A stretch of DNA of 63,085 nucleotides, filler included, from Craspedostauros australis (lineage: Eukaryota): the NCBI GenBank assembly GCA_030167865.1. It is 5 parts of 5 records of this genome, joined end to end, with 100 filler letters (N's around TTAATTAATTAA, not from the genome) between each part and the next. Parts side by side here need not be neighbours in the genome. Positions count along the whole stretch, not along the records: positions 1 to 22,826 come from JALAGF010003439.1; 4 more parts are not named here. One strand, 5' to 3'. Every line of letters starts with the position of its first letter. Position 1 is the stretch's first letter. The translations under genes were made by a program, and so were the position numbers. This document shows, piece by piece, positions 11,401 through 21,785 of this stretch. The notes under the pieces are model-generated. The model made no database searches, was not told the origin of the DNA, and saw nothing but the letters and a program-made list of their open reading frames with translations.

Positions 11401-11970
11401 AGGAATCTCCCGTTCGTACCGCAAGGTGTAGTAGCCTCTCCCGGTGGATGCAATGTCTGGCAACAGTGCCATGTTGTTAGAATGGTACAAATTGTCGCTC
11501 GTGATCAACGTTTGATGTTCGTTGCCATCCACGCCGGATCTTGTTGAATGGGCCTGGATTTTATGGTTGTCCAACAGAACCAACAGCGCGGTGGTTGGCA
11601 AGGATGGCACATTCAACGCATGCGCATCGTCGTAATCGTTTGCGGATGAATTCGTCGCATTGGTGGTATTGAGACGGTTGGAAAGGCCTTTCGACGATTT
11701 AGGCGTGAGGTGTTGTCGTTGGAATGCAGTCCATCCCGTCAGAAGCGAGACGGTATGCGGTCGCCATGTTGAAGGTTGCTTCCGTTGCATCTCATCTCCA
11801 AGTTGTTGGATTGTGTCGCCCGTGATCGCATTCACTGTACTGGTGGATGCAACGCCGCCCTTCAGGAGAGGCAGGAGGATCAGCGCGGCCACTGCTATCC
11901 ACCACAAGGAAATAGTGCAAAAGGAGCGTCCACATGACGGCTGCGCTCCGCAATGACATCGATTCATCAT
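8470..11970 (-). CDS. Glycoside hydrolase family 2, mannosylglycoprotein endo-beta-mannosidase (EBM)-like, with N-terminal signal/TM segment
   Basis: Motifs GMFRR, PPLHPG, GQGGDH, GWDWIQPMPDRSTG, GGNWI, RVWGGG, QEFWMTGD, acid/base GCNE, DGPY, nucleophile FQPEVGS and WKTQSPW match plant-type EBM. Hydrophobic WWIAVAALILLPLL lies near the N-terminus. The start codon is uncertain (11970 chosen). Confidence 0.88.
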   Translation of the reverse strand: MMNRCHCGAQPSCGRSFCTISLWWIAVAALILLPLLKGGVASTSTVNAITGDTIQQLGDEMQRKQPSTWRPHTVSLLTGWTAFQRQHLTPKSSKGLSNRLNTTNATNSSANDYDDAHALNVPSLPTTALLVLLDNHKIQAHSTRSGVDGNEHQTLITSDNLYHSNNMALLPDIASTGRGYYTLRYEREIPALDTQTLTRSNLRQTLRIAGIHYRSSATLDGDALIPLVRSVQHATSPTIIDGMFRRRTYDVTQGGTFSVQVEPPLHPGKSSNSRNRMRGQGGDHSMAQDGPVPQFVQGWDWIQPMPDRSTGFYGPIKLHTSGIVAILDPCVQTLKIDKANDAMNIQLLLRLEVLIPDGSAPDNDQFDSASVLGDLVVSSDWGEHWSVEVNMSAAIACDHPGLYIIDVTHPVHIEEVASKRIKLWWPHDMSPGPSLHSFDFSFHMRHHPQHNADKASGQGPRSTAESNADDAAVNANANVNIQVHGQVLIHDEQTLSDTRTIQVGLRTIETFVDQHTQGQQFLINGEKLYILGGNWITTDATFRYSASRSRYCNELRLHRHAGLNLVRVWGGGVAETDPFYDCADRLGILIFQEFWMTGDNNGRWAGNYSWPSNHKVYLDNVEDTVMRLRGHASLLFYGGCNECLGASSISNPPAGIDAGIRTILQNRDPGRFYIPSSMGGRNKADTSKADSALWFDRSFSLAFADGPYGMLFPQTFYERNPGLFDAPDERRWKQVRIGFQPEVGSASFPTYRGLNRFLTEEEIEGGMPSGANQPATGAWSYHNYESWTTQEAGNGHDLYDHVYAYHYPPAMHINGTRLTPRQWCAASQLAAYTQYQHLINGFLSHMLQYTTAVIIWKTQSPWPSMRGFMYDSYLESNGMLRGIKAALQRPLSVLLDMKTWELKVIDRRVATGPRHRARKSLQLLLEYAWYNLDGEAVTRGPFLLEDGSTSSAMTARRIPGGRIAWPSNCSSVCFLALDVEEQPHTSESGDSKMRNAYFKQWYWLADPSNGSRSDFSPLTTQLKQIDADGIQLAVRDCGYHLTSMDLQLVVEVEVHLNQDVGAVLLYPTASIFHPCLMDCGMLDETMLRLGDTRRQLLPVLDSNDTEDMVQLPGTTVFHQLIAPLWDIGKETDAAITVDIELDGFNLIEPATLLQVVCMAKVGNGSV

Positions 11971-12414
11971 GGCGATGATCCTGGTGAGAACGATGTGGTC
12001 AATGTCTTCTTGTGTGCGGACGATCCCTGGTGATGGTGTACTGTTTTGCTGGAAAGGATGGCGTTGATGCGTCATGACGCGCGAAGAAACGAATCCCCAA
12101 AGATACGAAACTCGCTCCCGCCAAGAATGGATGTGTGGTAACGGTTTGTAACGGTCTGTTGCAATTGACCACTTCCCCAAGCCCCTTTCCCGACGTCAGC
12201 ATGCAGTTGTCCACCAACAGTGGCTGACCAGATCATCTGTTCGACCATACTATGACTACTGTCACAAACGAAGCAGAGGAATGCTCCACCTATTCTACAA
12301 TCCAAGTAAGACACATTCCACCTCGGACCGTTCCGGATTGCGTTCATGCGTTTAAAGTTAAATTCACTTGCTTTTTTCGCTCCTGTAGCATCATCGATTT
12401 TTCGTATTGCTCGG

Positions 12415-15042
12415 TCAATCATCCAGGATGGCCTTCATCAGTTCCAACAGCTCCTTGTCTTGCGTTTCTAGCTGATCGACGTTGCCGTCTGCCTCCTTCA
12501 TGACTTCCTCGATGCCGGAACCGAAGGCCTCCTTGAATTGCTTCTTGACTTCGGCAAGCTCCGAGTCGGGGATGGCGCCCGAGTCCTTCAGCATCTTCAG
12601 GCTCTGCAGCATCTCCTTGAGCTGTTCCGGTGACGGCTCCTCGCCGTCCACGCCACCGTCCAAGCCGCCCATGAGGTTGGCCATATCTCCCATGCCTTCC
12701 ATTCCTTCCATGCCCTTCATCATGTCTTGCATTCCTTCCATTCCCTTGCCGTCCTTCATCATGTCCATCATGTTCTTCTGGACGGTCTTCATCATGATGC
12801 CCTCGGCCTTCTTGTCGTTGATCTGGAAGACGTCCTGCAGCAAGGTGACGCGGTTGTCAAAGTCATCGGCGATGTTCTCCATGTCCGTCATGCCGGATGA
12901 GGAGAAGGCGCCGTACATCTGCTCGAGCTGCTTCTTGTTGAGGTTGCCGCCGTACGTGACTGGCTTGATGTCGACGCCTTCGGCGATGGAATTGAAGAGG
13001 GATGCGGCGTGGTTCATGAAATCGACGACGATGGAGAGGGCGCTGACGACGACCTTGTCATCCTTCTCGCCCAGCGCGGCGGAGGCCAGATCGACGATGT
13101 CAATGAGCATGCAGTTGACGACGTTGGCAAAGAGTTCGGCGGATTCCTCCTTGGTGAGACCGGCCGAGGTCTGGGCTTCCACGAGGATTTCGTTGGCCGT
13201 CTCGACGCTGAATTCCGTCAGCGGCATGTCGCCGGGCAGAGCCACGACGTCTGGGAAACGTCCCGGAGCACCGAAGGTGAGGATCTTGGCCAGCGTCTTG
13301 GCGAATTCCGGTGCCTTGGCGGAGGTGGCGACGAGAGCGCTGATGTCGGTTTCGCGATCGTTCTTCTTCTTGCCGAACATCTTGATGCCACGTCGTTTCT
13401 TCTTGACGGGTGCTGGTGCTTCGGCAGGTGCGGAAGCTTCGGATGTGGAGGCATCCAACGGACTGGCATCCTCGGCGCCGAAGGCAGCATCGAGATCGGC
13501 GTCGGTTGATTTGGTGGCAGTGTCATCGGCATCGCCCCACATGAGCTTCAAGGACTCCTGCCGCTCGGCCTCCTTCTTCTCGTTGCTGGCCTGCATTGAG
13601 CGGAATGCGTAGGCGGCACCACCGATTGCCACGACGACGGCCGCACCCTTGGCCGCCGCGGGTATGGTGCTCTTGGATGTTGGTGTGATTTCCGTTGGCG
13701 TCTCGCTTGCGACGATGGCATCTGCATCTTGCGTGATGGCCGCTGGTGGCTGTTCTGGTTCTGGCGTGACATCCTCGACAGCCGGTTCCACCACAGGCTC
13801 CGCAACGACACCGGTGGCCGCCATGGCAGCTGCGGCCTTGGCATCCGCCTTGGCCTGTCGCGCCTGTTCCTTGGCCGCCTTGGCTTCCGCCTTCGCCTGT
13901 TCCTTGGCGGCCTTGGCCTCCGCTCTGGCTTGCTCCTTGGCCGCCTTGGCCTCGGCCCGCTTCTGTTCCTTGGCCGCCTTCGCCGCGGCCTTGGCAGCCG
14001 CCGGCGACTGCGCCGCCGCCTCCTTCTCGGCCATGATCTCCTTGACGCTCTTCTCGCCCTCGTTCGGTTCGGTGATCTGGCCGTACTGCTCGAGGTTGGC
14101 CCGATACTGCGTCGCCAACGCGATGGCCTGATCCGTGGGCAGATCGTGGATCATGCGTGTCTTGGTCGTGTGTATCTGAAAGTATTCGACCTCGTCGATG
14201 CCGCGGTTGCGCATGTCCTGCGCCATGCAGCGCACGATCTCGCGGTGCGCCTGCTTCTGGTAGCGCCATGATTTTTCCGGCTTCTTTTCCTGCAACCGCA
14301 CCTCCTTGTTGTAGAGCGTGCCCGAGACCTTTCCGAGATCGACGCCGGCGTCGTAGTCGATGACCTGGCGCTGGCCTTCCATGTCGGTGAAGGGGCAGAT
14401 GCCTTTGGCCAGCAGGTCGCGCTTGAGCTGCACGAGGCCTTCGTCATGCTCGATGGCCTCCTGCTCCTTGCGGGCCTTGTACTGCTTCTCGTAGGCGCCG
14501 CGCGCCGCCGATCCCTGCTCCTTCTCGATCTGGCGGCATTTCTCCGTGTGGGCCGTGAGTTCTGCCTGCGCTGCGCGCTGGCGCCTCTTTGAGTTCTGGC
14601 GCATGGCGTTCTCGGCCGGATCCACGGTCTGCGTCTGCGGTTTGGCCATGACGGGCGCCGAGGCCTGCGCAGGCAGGGGTTGCTGGGCGGCCATCAAGGC
14701 GGCGATGGCGAACGGCGCCGCGCGGGTGAGGGGTTTGCCGATCTGTTGCGTCTTGCGCGAGACGAAGCTGGCCAAGCGTCGCATTTTGGATCGTTTGTTG
14801 TTGTTACTATCGTTGTTGTTGTTGTTGTTGCTATGGTTGTTGTTGATACTATGGTTCTCATGGTTGGCATCGTTGCTGCCATGGTTGTTGGCATCACCAA
14901 AAGCATCCAAGGAATGCGGTGAGGGAGACTGGAACAAAGCCGATGGTTGCATGGACAGCTTGGGCTGAACGATCGGCGGTTGGAAGGCTGCCGATGGCTG
15001 CACCATCAAAGCGGCCACTATGGCCAAGGCTGAGAACTTCAT
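12415..15042 (-). CDS. Plastid-targeted, probably thylakoid-membrane protein of unknown function (875 aa)
   Basis: Signal peptide MKFSALAIVAALMVQPSAA-F (ASAFAP-type), transit-like region, second hydrophobic stretch ending PAQA (AxA), AKAAKEQ repeats, one TM (AAVVVAIGGAAYAF), helical domain and Met-rich tail. GC-ending codon bias is strong. Confidence 0.85.
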   Translation of the reverse strand: MKFSALAIVAALMVQPSAAFQPPIVQPKLSMQPSALFQSPSPHSLDAFGDANNHGSNDANHENHSINNNHSNNNNNNDSNNNKRSKMRRLASFVSRKTQQIGKPLTRAAPFAIAALMAAQQPLPAQASAPVMAKPQTQTVDPAENAMRQNSKRRQRAAQAELTAHTEKCRQIEKEQGSAARGAYEKQYKARKEQEAIEHDEGLVQLKRDLLAKGICPFTDMEGQRQVIDYDAGVDLGKVSGTLYNKEVRLQEKKPEKSWRYQKQAHREIVRCMAQDMRNRGIDEVEYFQIHTTKTRMIHDLPTDQAIALATQYRANLEQYGQITEPNEGEKSVKEIMAEKEAAAQSPAAAKAAAKAAKEQKRAEAKAAKEQARAEAKAAKEQAKAEAKAAKEQARQAKADAKAAAAMAATGVVAEPVVEPAVEDVTPEPEQPPAAITQDADAIVASETPTEITPTSKSTIPAAAKGAAVVVAIGGAAYAFRSMQASNEKKEAERQESLKLMWGDADDTATKSTDADLDAAFGAEDASPLDASTSEASAPAEAPAPVKKKRRGIKMFGKKKNDRETDISALVATSAKAPEFAKTLAKILTFGAPGRFPDVVALPGDMPLTEFSVETANEILVEAQTSAGLTKEESAELFANVVNCMLIDIVDLASAALGEKDDKVVVSALSIVVDFMNHAASLFNSIAEGVDIKPVTYGGNLNKKQLEQMYGAFSSSGMTDMENIADDFDNRVTLLQDVFQINDKKAEGIMMKTVQKNMMDMMKDGKGMEGMQDMMKGMEGMEGMGDMANLMGGLDGGVDGEEPSPEQLKEMLQSLKMLKDSGAIPDSELAEVKKQFKEAFGSGIEEVMKEADGNVDQLETQDKELLELMKAILDD
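13850..13990 (-). repeat. 33-bp (11-aa) coding tandem repeat AKAAKEQ(K/A)(R/K)AE, about 4 copies
   Basis: The translation reads AKAAKEQKRAE AKAAKEQARAE AKAAKEQAKAE AKAAKEQARQ; the DNA repeats TCCTTGGC(C/G)GCCTT. Confidence 0.85.
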
Positions 15043-15911
15043 TGTTGTTTGCTGAGTGTGGAGGTTGATGTTGTTGTTGCTGTTACTGTTACTGGCATGT
15101 GATGTGATGGGATGGGATGAATCGTCTTCAACTCACCCACTCTCTGGAGCATAAAAGTATGAAACAGAAGTGTGGCAGATGGTGAAGTCGGTGGGAAGAT
15201 ACCGAACCGCGAAACTGCGCACAAAAGCGAAGATGCGGATGATGGCACGAACGACTGATTGCCTGCGATTCACAAGACGGATCAACGATCAGAGGATCGA
15301 TGTCGATTGGTGATGATGATGATGATGATGGTGATGTGAGGAATGGAATAGAGTCTCGGAGAGAAGGAGAGGCAACAGACAGACATGGAGACACCAACGA
15401 GAGGCAGATCCCATTGTTCACAAGACGAAGGGGCAAAACGACCAACAACCAACAACCAACAGCCAACATCTGCCCATGATGTCACGCCACAGAGATGGAA
15501 CGGAACCGTCGGCAACATCTGCGCCATCGCCGACCACGGATCCGCCGATCTTGGTGCCGTCGCTTGACGTCTTCCACGTTGAATGAATCTTGTGTTCGCT
15601 CGAGTCGAAGATCGATCAAATCGAATGAATCAATTTGGAAGATACGAACTCGTCTCAATTTGAGCCGTCAACGAGGTTGCGTGCCATAGAATTCTCGTGA
15701 TGACTTTCTGCACCACCAATCACAACCGATGATGTGATGTGATGTGATGGATCGCGTGGTTGGTGGCAGATCTCTCGGACGCAAGAGACACATCGTCATT
15801 TCGCACCATCTCAGAATCGAAGAATAGTTGTACCGAGAGAACGAATGAACAGATGACAAAAGAACATCCTCTCTCTTGTCAGTCTCCTGCGACGATCCAA
15901 AGCACCTCCAA

Positions 15912-15946
15912 CCATCATTCCACCCATCATTCCACCCATCATTCCA
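15912..15946. repeat. 12-bp tandem repeat CCATCATTCCAC, about 3 copies, in the divergent intergenic region
   Basis: Seen directly in the sequence. Confidence 0.75.
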
Positions 15947-16046
15947 ACCCTCATTAGTTCATTTGTTGCTTGGCGAAGATCCAAAAGAAAGCAAGTAGAG
16001 GCAACACTTCACGATACCCTCACTCTACATCTCCCTATCTCTCTCA

Positions 16047-18503
16047 ATGACGACCAAGTGCATAAGAAGGAGACCCGCGTCAAGGCAACCATCGTTATTG
16101 CCCACTCCTGCGTCAATACGCAAACGCAAACGCGCAAACGCATACTTGTGCACGCCCAGGTACATGTGCGCATTCGTACTCGCGCTGATGCTCGCAGACC
16201 TCCCACAATGTCAAGGCTTTCGGGGGTCCGTCCGACCATCTCGTCGGTGCACTGCATTGGATCCTTGTCCGGTGCTGGATCGGAGATACCATCATCATGA
16301 TTCCGCGACCACCACAGCATCTGCCACGGCGACGACACTATTATTGACGACAACACGAGGACCCGTCCGAACGTACCGACAACTGTCTGCCTTGTCCATG
16401 GCGACATCATCCAGCGACCTCAAGAAGCAACAGACCTTGAAAAAGAGAAAGACCCGCCCATCGTCCAAATCAAAATCAAAGAGCAAATCAACATCCAAAG
16501 ACGTCACCACTACGTCCACCAAGTCCAAATCCACAGCAACTACAGCAGCGGCAACAGCAACAGCAACAACAACAACAACAGCAGCAACAGCGGCAACAGC
16601 GGCAACAACAACAGCAACAACAGCAGCGGCAACGAATGGCCAGGAAAGCGTCGTCAAACGTCTCTCCCGAGCGGCCAAAGCGGCACACGCGCGCCAAAAG
16701 ATGGACGAGCAGGCGCCAAAAGATGACGAAGCTTTGGCGTCCATCTCGGCCTTGACGAAGGCCATCGACAGCGAATTGATGTCACCATCGCAGCATGAGA
16801 TCCATAAAGGCGCCACGCATTATCACAGCCGTCGCAAGGTGCGTGGCTCGGTCGATGGATCGTCCGTCATGAATTTGCTGGAGCACAATCAGCACCTCGA
16901 TAGTCAGATTCGGCGCAATGCGGAGCAGAAGGAACAGCGCAAGGAGAAGGCCAAGGCGATGTCGGGTGTCGCGGCAGCAGCCGGGCAGGTCGCGGATGCG
17001 TCGGGAACTACGACTGTTGTTGTCAATGGCGAGGCCGATGTTGGCAATGCCACCGTTACCGCCAACACGACGATGGACAATGCCACGACGGTCGTGGACT
17101 CGCCGATGATACGCCTCAAGGCCAGCCACGTCGCCATCGTCTTTTCGAAGCCGTTGATCAAGGATGAAATCACAATTGAGTACGCGTCGCGATTAATGTC
17201 GTTGGCGCATTCCATAAAGAACGGCCTCTACAAACCTGATCTCGTGTGCCTCCTCACGAATCCCATCCCATCGTCCGAACACAATCAGCTCACGGACGCC
17301 ACGGTCGGCTACATCTTCTTCAAACAGCTCTGCTCCGCGCAGGATATCGACCTCAGTCACACCAACGTCTGCATCGTGCCTGCCGCGCATTCCAGCATCG
17401 ATGGCATCGGCAGTCTGCATCCCGTCGTGCAAGCCATCGAACATGGCAACTTCCTCAAGAATTGGTTGGCCGATTCCACGGAATTCGAACGCAGCACCGA
17501 TGAATACGGTCTCAAACGCGACGTGCCGCGCAAGAAGGTGCACATCCATTTCCGATTGTTCAGCAGCGATTATCATCTGTGCAACTTGAATGACATCTAC
17601 CAGCGATCGCCACGCCAATCCGTCCTCAACACGCTGCGGTCCATGTCGAATCCCTCGTCATCGCCATCGATTCGTCAGCGCGGCGTCATCCAAACATCGT
17701 GGAGTTTTCAGCATTCCACATATCCCTACGTCTACTCCAACGACGATCTCACGGCATTCTTGGGCAAGACCTACGTGATGGGACAGCAGCTGCGTCCGCT
17801 GCTCGTCAATCTACGTGGCGTGCAAAGCAACGTGAGTGTGCCGCGTTGTGTCGTGCTATGCCATGTCGTGCTATGGTGTTGCAAAGAGTCGTGCCGAGCA
17901 ATAACTATGCGCGTGATTGTTTGTCGCGTGCATTCATGATGCTGTGCTCGTGGAGCGTGCGCTGGGTGCGACGAGGTCACTTTCTCTAACACCGACTTTG
18001 CTCCTTTTTTCATATCTTGCACCACGCCCATACTGCACCCGTACAATACCCACACGCAGGCCGAGTTCTTTCAGACCGACAACTATCAACAGTTGGTCGC
18101 AGTACGACGATCCTTCGTGACCCAAATCGAGGAATTGAACAATTACTATTACAATCAGAACAGCAACACCATGACGGTCGATGAGGACAACAACGTCGAC
18201 AACAACAGCGAAGCCAAGGCCAAGGCGAAATTGAAAAAGCGCATGTCCCAAGTCCCCACCCAGTTCGGTGTCACGTTGGACGTCACGCTGGAGAACGCGC
18301 TGCTGCGATTGGGACGATGCCTCGATCTGCTTCGCTCCAGCACGAAGCAAGCCAGCACGATGCCCATGGAAAATTGGATCCAGGCATCAACGAATTTGGA
18401 AAAGTTTCTGGAACAGATTCAAGGCTGCTGCGATCCCGATCATCCCTTGCACGGCGAGGATTGGGGCAAACTGCGGATGGATGAGATAGAGCATAATCCA
18501 TGA
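16047..18503 (+). CDS. Two-exon gene for a DUF218/YdcF-like domain protein, possibly plastid-targeted; exons 16047-17831 and 18060-18503
   Basis: Donor GTGAGT at 17832, branch-like CTAAC at 17986, acceptor CAG at 18057-18059. The phase-0 join gives VQSN|AEFFQTDNYQQL, in frame with ORF 18093. VAIVFSKPL...EYASRL and FSSDYHL resemble DUF218 motifs. Alternative start 16164 gives signal-like MCAFVLALMLADLPQCQG-F. Confidence 0.75.
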
Positions 18504-18552
18504 TCCGTTGAGCAATCTGCAGAGCTCGTACAGCGAATGATCGTGCTCGACG

Positions 18553-19599
18553 CTAATTTGATAGATCGTACTGGCATTTTTGGGACAACATCTGCTTCCA
18601 ATCCCCCGTCTTGTGAGATGACATGTGCAGGAATGTGCTATTGGCACGATGCAGGACTCCGGAATGAAACCAGATCTTGTCCAGCACATCGGCTTGATTT
18701 TCCACATGATCCCAATGATTCGGCAGCTCGCAGATGGTTGCGCCGACCGCGTCAATCGCCTCCGTCAACTTGCTTTGATCCCGCCCCATCCACGGTGGAT
18801 GCACCATGCGGCTGCCCCATTCCCGCAGCACCGATGCCGAGGCGTTGCGTTTGGCAATCCACATCCCGCTGTTGTAGCGTCCCGTCAAGTGCCTCGATTT
18901 GGTCCCCAACAACGGAATCTTTGTGTACCATCGTTCCGGATATAAGATCAAATGGCAATCCGGATCCTGCATCATCGGCACCACGGCATCGTACCATGTC
19001 TCCATCAAGGCATGCTGCGCCAGCATGTCGGCGTCAATAAACAGGATCGTCTGGATGGATGTGCCTGGCAGCAGTTCGAAGATCTGCGTCTTGTGCCATT
19101 TGGTCCAGATCTCGGGATTGAATTGCTGGATGCCCTGCACGTAATCCCGATACTCCGCATCTGTCTCGAAAGTCGGGTGCTGCGTGACCTTCACGGGCGT
19201 GCATTGCGTGGCATCTTCCTTGTCCGGGGTGTCGGTGATGACGAAGATGGGTTTGGTCCATCGTCCCTGTTGACGCAATGCTCGCACGGCATGCTTGGCT
19301 GTGAATCCGCACATGGCGATCGTGACGATGGCGTCCAGTTGGTTGTTGGTCTGTAAGTGTTGTTGCCGTTGGTGCTGTTGCTGCGCTGGAAATAGCATTC
19401 TTGGGAGCACAAACCAGCCGGCGCACAAGATGCAAACAATCATTTGCATCTGTTTCCTTTGCCGTTGATTTCGTGGTGAAGATCCATGCCGCAACGCAGA
19501 TTGGAAGCAGAAACAGAGTCGGCGGATACCGTGACTTGGAGCTTTCGTTTTGGATTCGTCTGCGCTTGCACTTGTCGGAGGACTGTCGGAGTTGGTCAT
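18553..19599 (-). CDS. Type II membrane GT-A fold glycosyltransferase (nucleotide-diphospho-sugar transferase-like)
   Basis: N-terminal TM (MIVCILCAGWFVL), IFVITD, HKTQIF, DxD motif ILFIDAD, YNSGMW and GRDQ. The start is uncertain (19701 or 19599). Confidence 0.75.
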   Translation of the reverse strand: MTNSDSPPTSASADESKTKAPSHGIRRLCFCFQSALRHGSSPRNQRQRKQMQMIVCILCAGWFVLPRMLFPAQQQHQRQQHLQTNNQLDAIVTIAMCGFTAKHAVRALRQQGRWTKPIFVITDTPDKEDATQCTPVKVTQHPTFETDAEYRDYVQGIQQFNPEIWTKWHKTQIFELLPGTSIQTILFIDADMLAQHALMETWYDAVVPMMQDPDCHLILYPERWYTKIPLLGTKSRHLTGRYNSGMWIAKRNASASVLREWGSRMVHPPWMGRDQSKLTEAIDAVGATICELPNHWDHVENQADVLDKIWFHSGVLHRANSTFLHMSSHKTGDWKQMLSQKCQYDLSN

Positions 19600-20485
19600 T
19601 GGTAGAAGCGATGACGAAGACGGTAAGGAAGCGGCGAACGTGCCGTTGGATGCCTTCTGTACATGCGCATTTTGCCGCGAAGTCAGATGCCGTCCATGCA
19701 TCGTCGAACGAGTAGTCGTACTGTGCGGCTTTGGTCAACAGCAAATATCAGATTGGTGGAACGCTGGATAGATTGATGCACAGGGCGATGGTCTGGCGTG
19801 TCGGTGGACTCTAATGGTGTTATACTTGCATTTGAATTGCATATGAATTGACGAAAATGCGTGGTGATGATTGTGGTGGTCATGGTCGGCCATTGTGAGT
19901 CGGTGTCATTGTTCTGCGAAAGTTGCACCAACATCCATCTCGACGCGCACGAGCTACACGACTGGCGAGACGTGGATCACGACTGAATTTTCGGCGAAAG
20001 ACAGCTTGAGCTTGGGCATCTACTCCATCTCTCTGTGGAGATTGGAGGAGACCAAAGGTGACCAATGGAGGCATCATGAATGCCGCGTGGTCAACAGTTG
20101 GCAGTACATGTTGAGCGGTGCGCGGCGATATAGCTTTGGAGGCGGGCTTGAAGTTCTGCGAGCCTGGGGTTGTAAGATTGTCTTCGATTTCTGCGTGGCG
20201 TTTTTGCGCAGATTGCAACTCGCAGACTCCGTCACTCTGTAACGTTGTCAAGTTGGCCGAGCGCTGAACGATAACAATTGAAAGGTATGATACCGTGGAT
20301 TTGTTCGAGCTCTCTCATTTGTGATGTGTGAGAAGTAAAATATTTTATAACATTATTCATACTGATGTGAGGTGTCAACCCCACAACACGAATGGAGAAA
20401 GCGAAAACAAATTGATCCTTGCGCGCCGTGATTGTACAGTAAAGAGTGCACAATTTTGCTGGGAGGAGGCGACAGCACGAGCTGG

Positions 20486-20558
20486 TCCGATATGATGTAG
20501 GTGGTTAGCATACTTGCCTTTCACGCAGGATACCCGGGTTCGAGTCCCGGTATCGGAA
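20486..20558 (+). tRNA. tRNA-Glu (anticodon TTC)
   Basis: Acceptor stem TCCGATA/TATCGGA; anticodon stem CTTGC/GCAGG with loop CT-TTC-AC (anticodon 20520-20522); T arm CCGGG-TTCGAGT-CCCGG; no encoded CCA; TTTT Pol III terminator at 20561-20564. Confidence 0.95.
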
Positions 20559-21785
20559 TGTTTTGCGCGAGATGGAACTGACTTTTGCTGCGAGTGTTTG
20601 TTGACGTTTTGATCGGATTCCGTTGGGTGTGATGCAAGCGCGCCGAAGATCCTCGTCCAGTCATCAAAGAGGAAAAAGGAAACCTGTTTGGCTTGTGACC
20701 GGCGTCGCCACCATGTCTTCTTGAAGTGAAGTGTTCGAACAGCGCGGAGCAGAACAGAAAACGAATAGTCCCAACGAGAACCTCGCCTTCGCCATCCCCA
20801 CTGGAACATGGAACAACACTGTTTGCAGAATTGGACATGTGAGGGTGGATGGAGTGTGCGATCGAGGCTCTGTGTGACGGCTTCAAGCCAAAACCTGTGT
20901 CGTTGTGCCCTGTCCATGCCCTGTTCATGCCCTGCTTGACGCCTGGTACGTGGATCAGGCAGCGACCTTCGGGAGGCGAACGAAAATGTTTCCCGAGGAT
21001 TCAGCACACCTCCCAGCACGCATTGTGCAGAGTTTCCGGCTCCTTCCGACCTGCTCCACACTACTCGCTCGTACGCTGCATCAATACGACCTCCTCTAAT
21101 TGCTAATGTTTGTATGGGTGGGATAGGGATGCTTTGTTGCGTCACGTCTCCATCTTGTGCCAGCCTCAGCGCCTTCGCGCTCCGGGCTCGTTCGACAGAT
21201 TCTCTGACAGTTGGCCACGCGCCTGCAGTTCGTGTCAACTTTCTCTGCTAAAAGATGTGGTTGACATCTTCCCTATCGCTGCATTGCAGAAACGAACATT
21301 GAACACAAGTGAGCTGTAAAGGACATTATGGCTCTGGATGAGGTGACGACTATTAAGCTCGCGCTGACGGACAACTGGTTGTCTGGAAGATGATCATGAT
21401 ACGATTCATTTAAGCGGGTGTAGCAGAATGGCATGTCTTTGTTGGTCTTTGACGCTGTGGACAGCGACTGTGACAATGGCCTCACAAAATTGCACAGAGA
21501 GAGGAACATGGCACAGAAAGATGCGACAAAGCGAAAAGCTGACAGAGTATCGCGCCACGCCAATCACGACCCCGACCTGGCTCGATGGTGGTGGTCACTA
21601 CGATGGTACGAGTGTGCCGCGCGACGTGCCAATCCTCTCTTCACGTGGGAGATCAACATCAGTAACAGTAAAATCAGCAGCAAAAGCGGCAGCAGCAGCA
21701 ACAAGATCACAGACACCTGCGACCACCAAGCAACAGCATGCATGCATAAATAAATAAATCTCAACCTCTCTCAGACTTGCAAACC

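Noticed and set aside
17832..17939. Cys-rich C-terminus of the 630-aa ORF
   Set aside because: It is read-through into an intron that starts GTGAGT at 17832.
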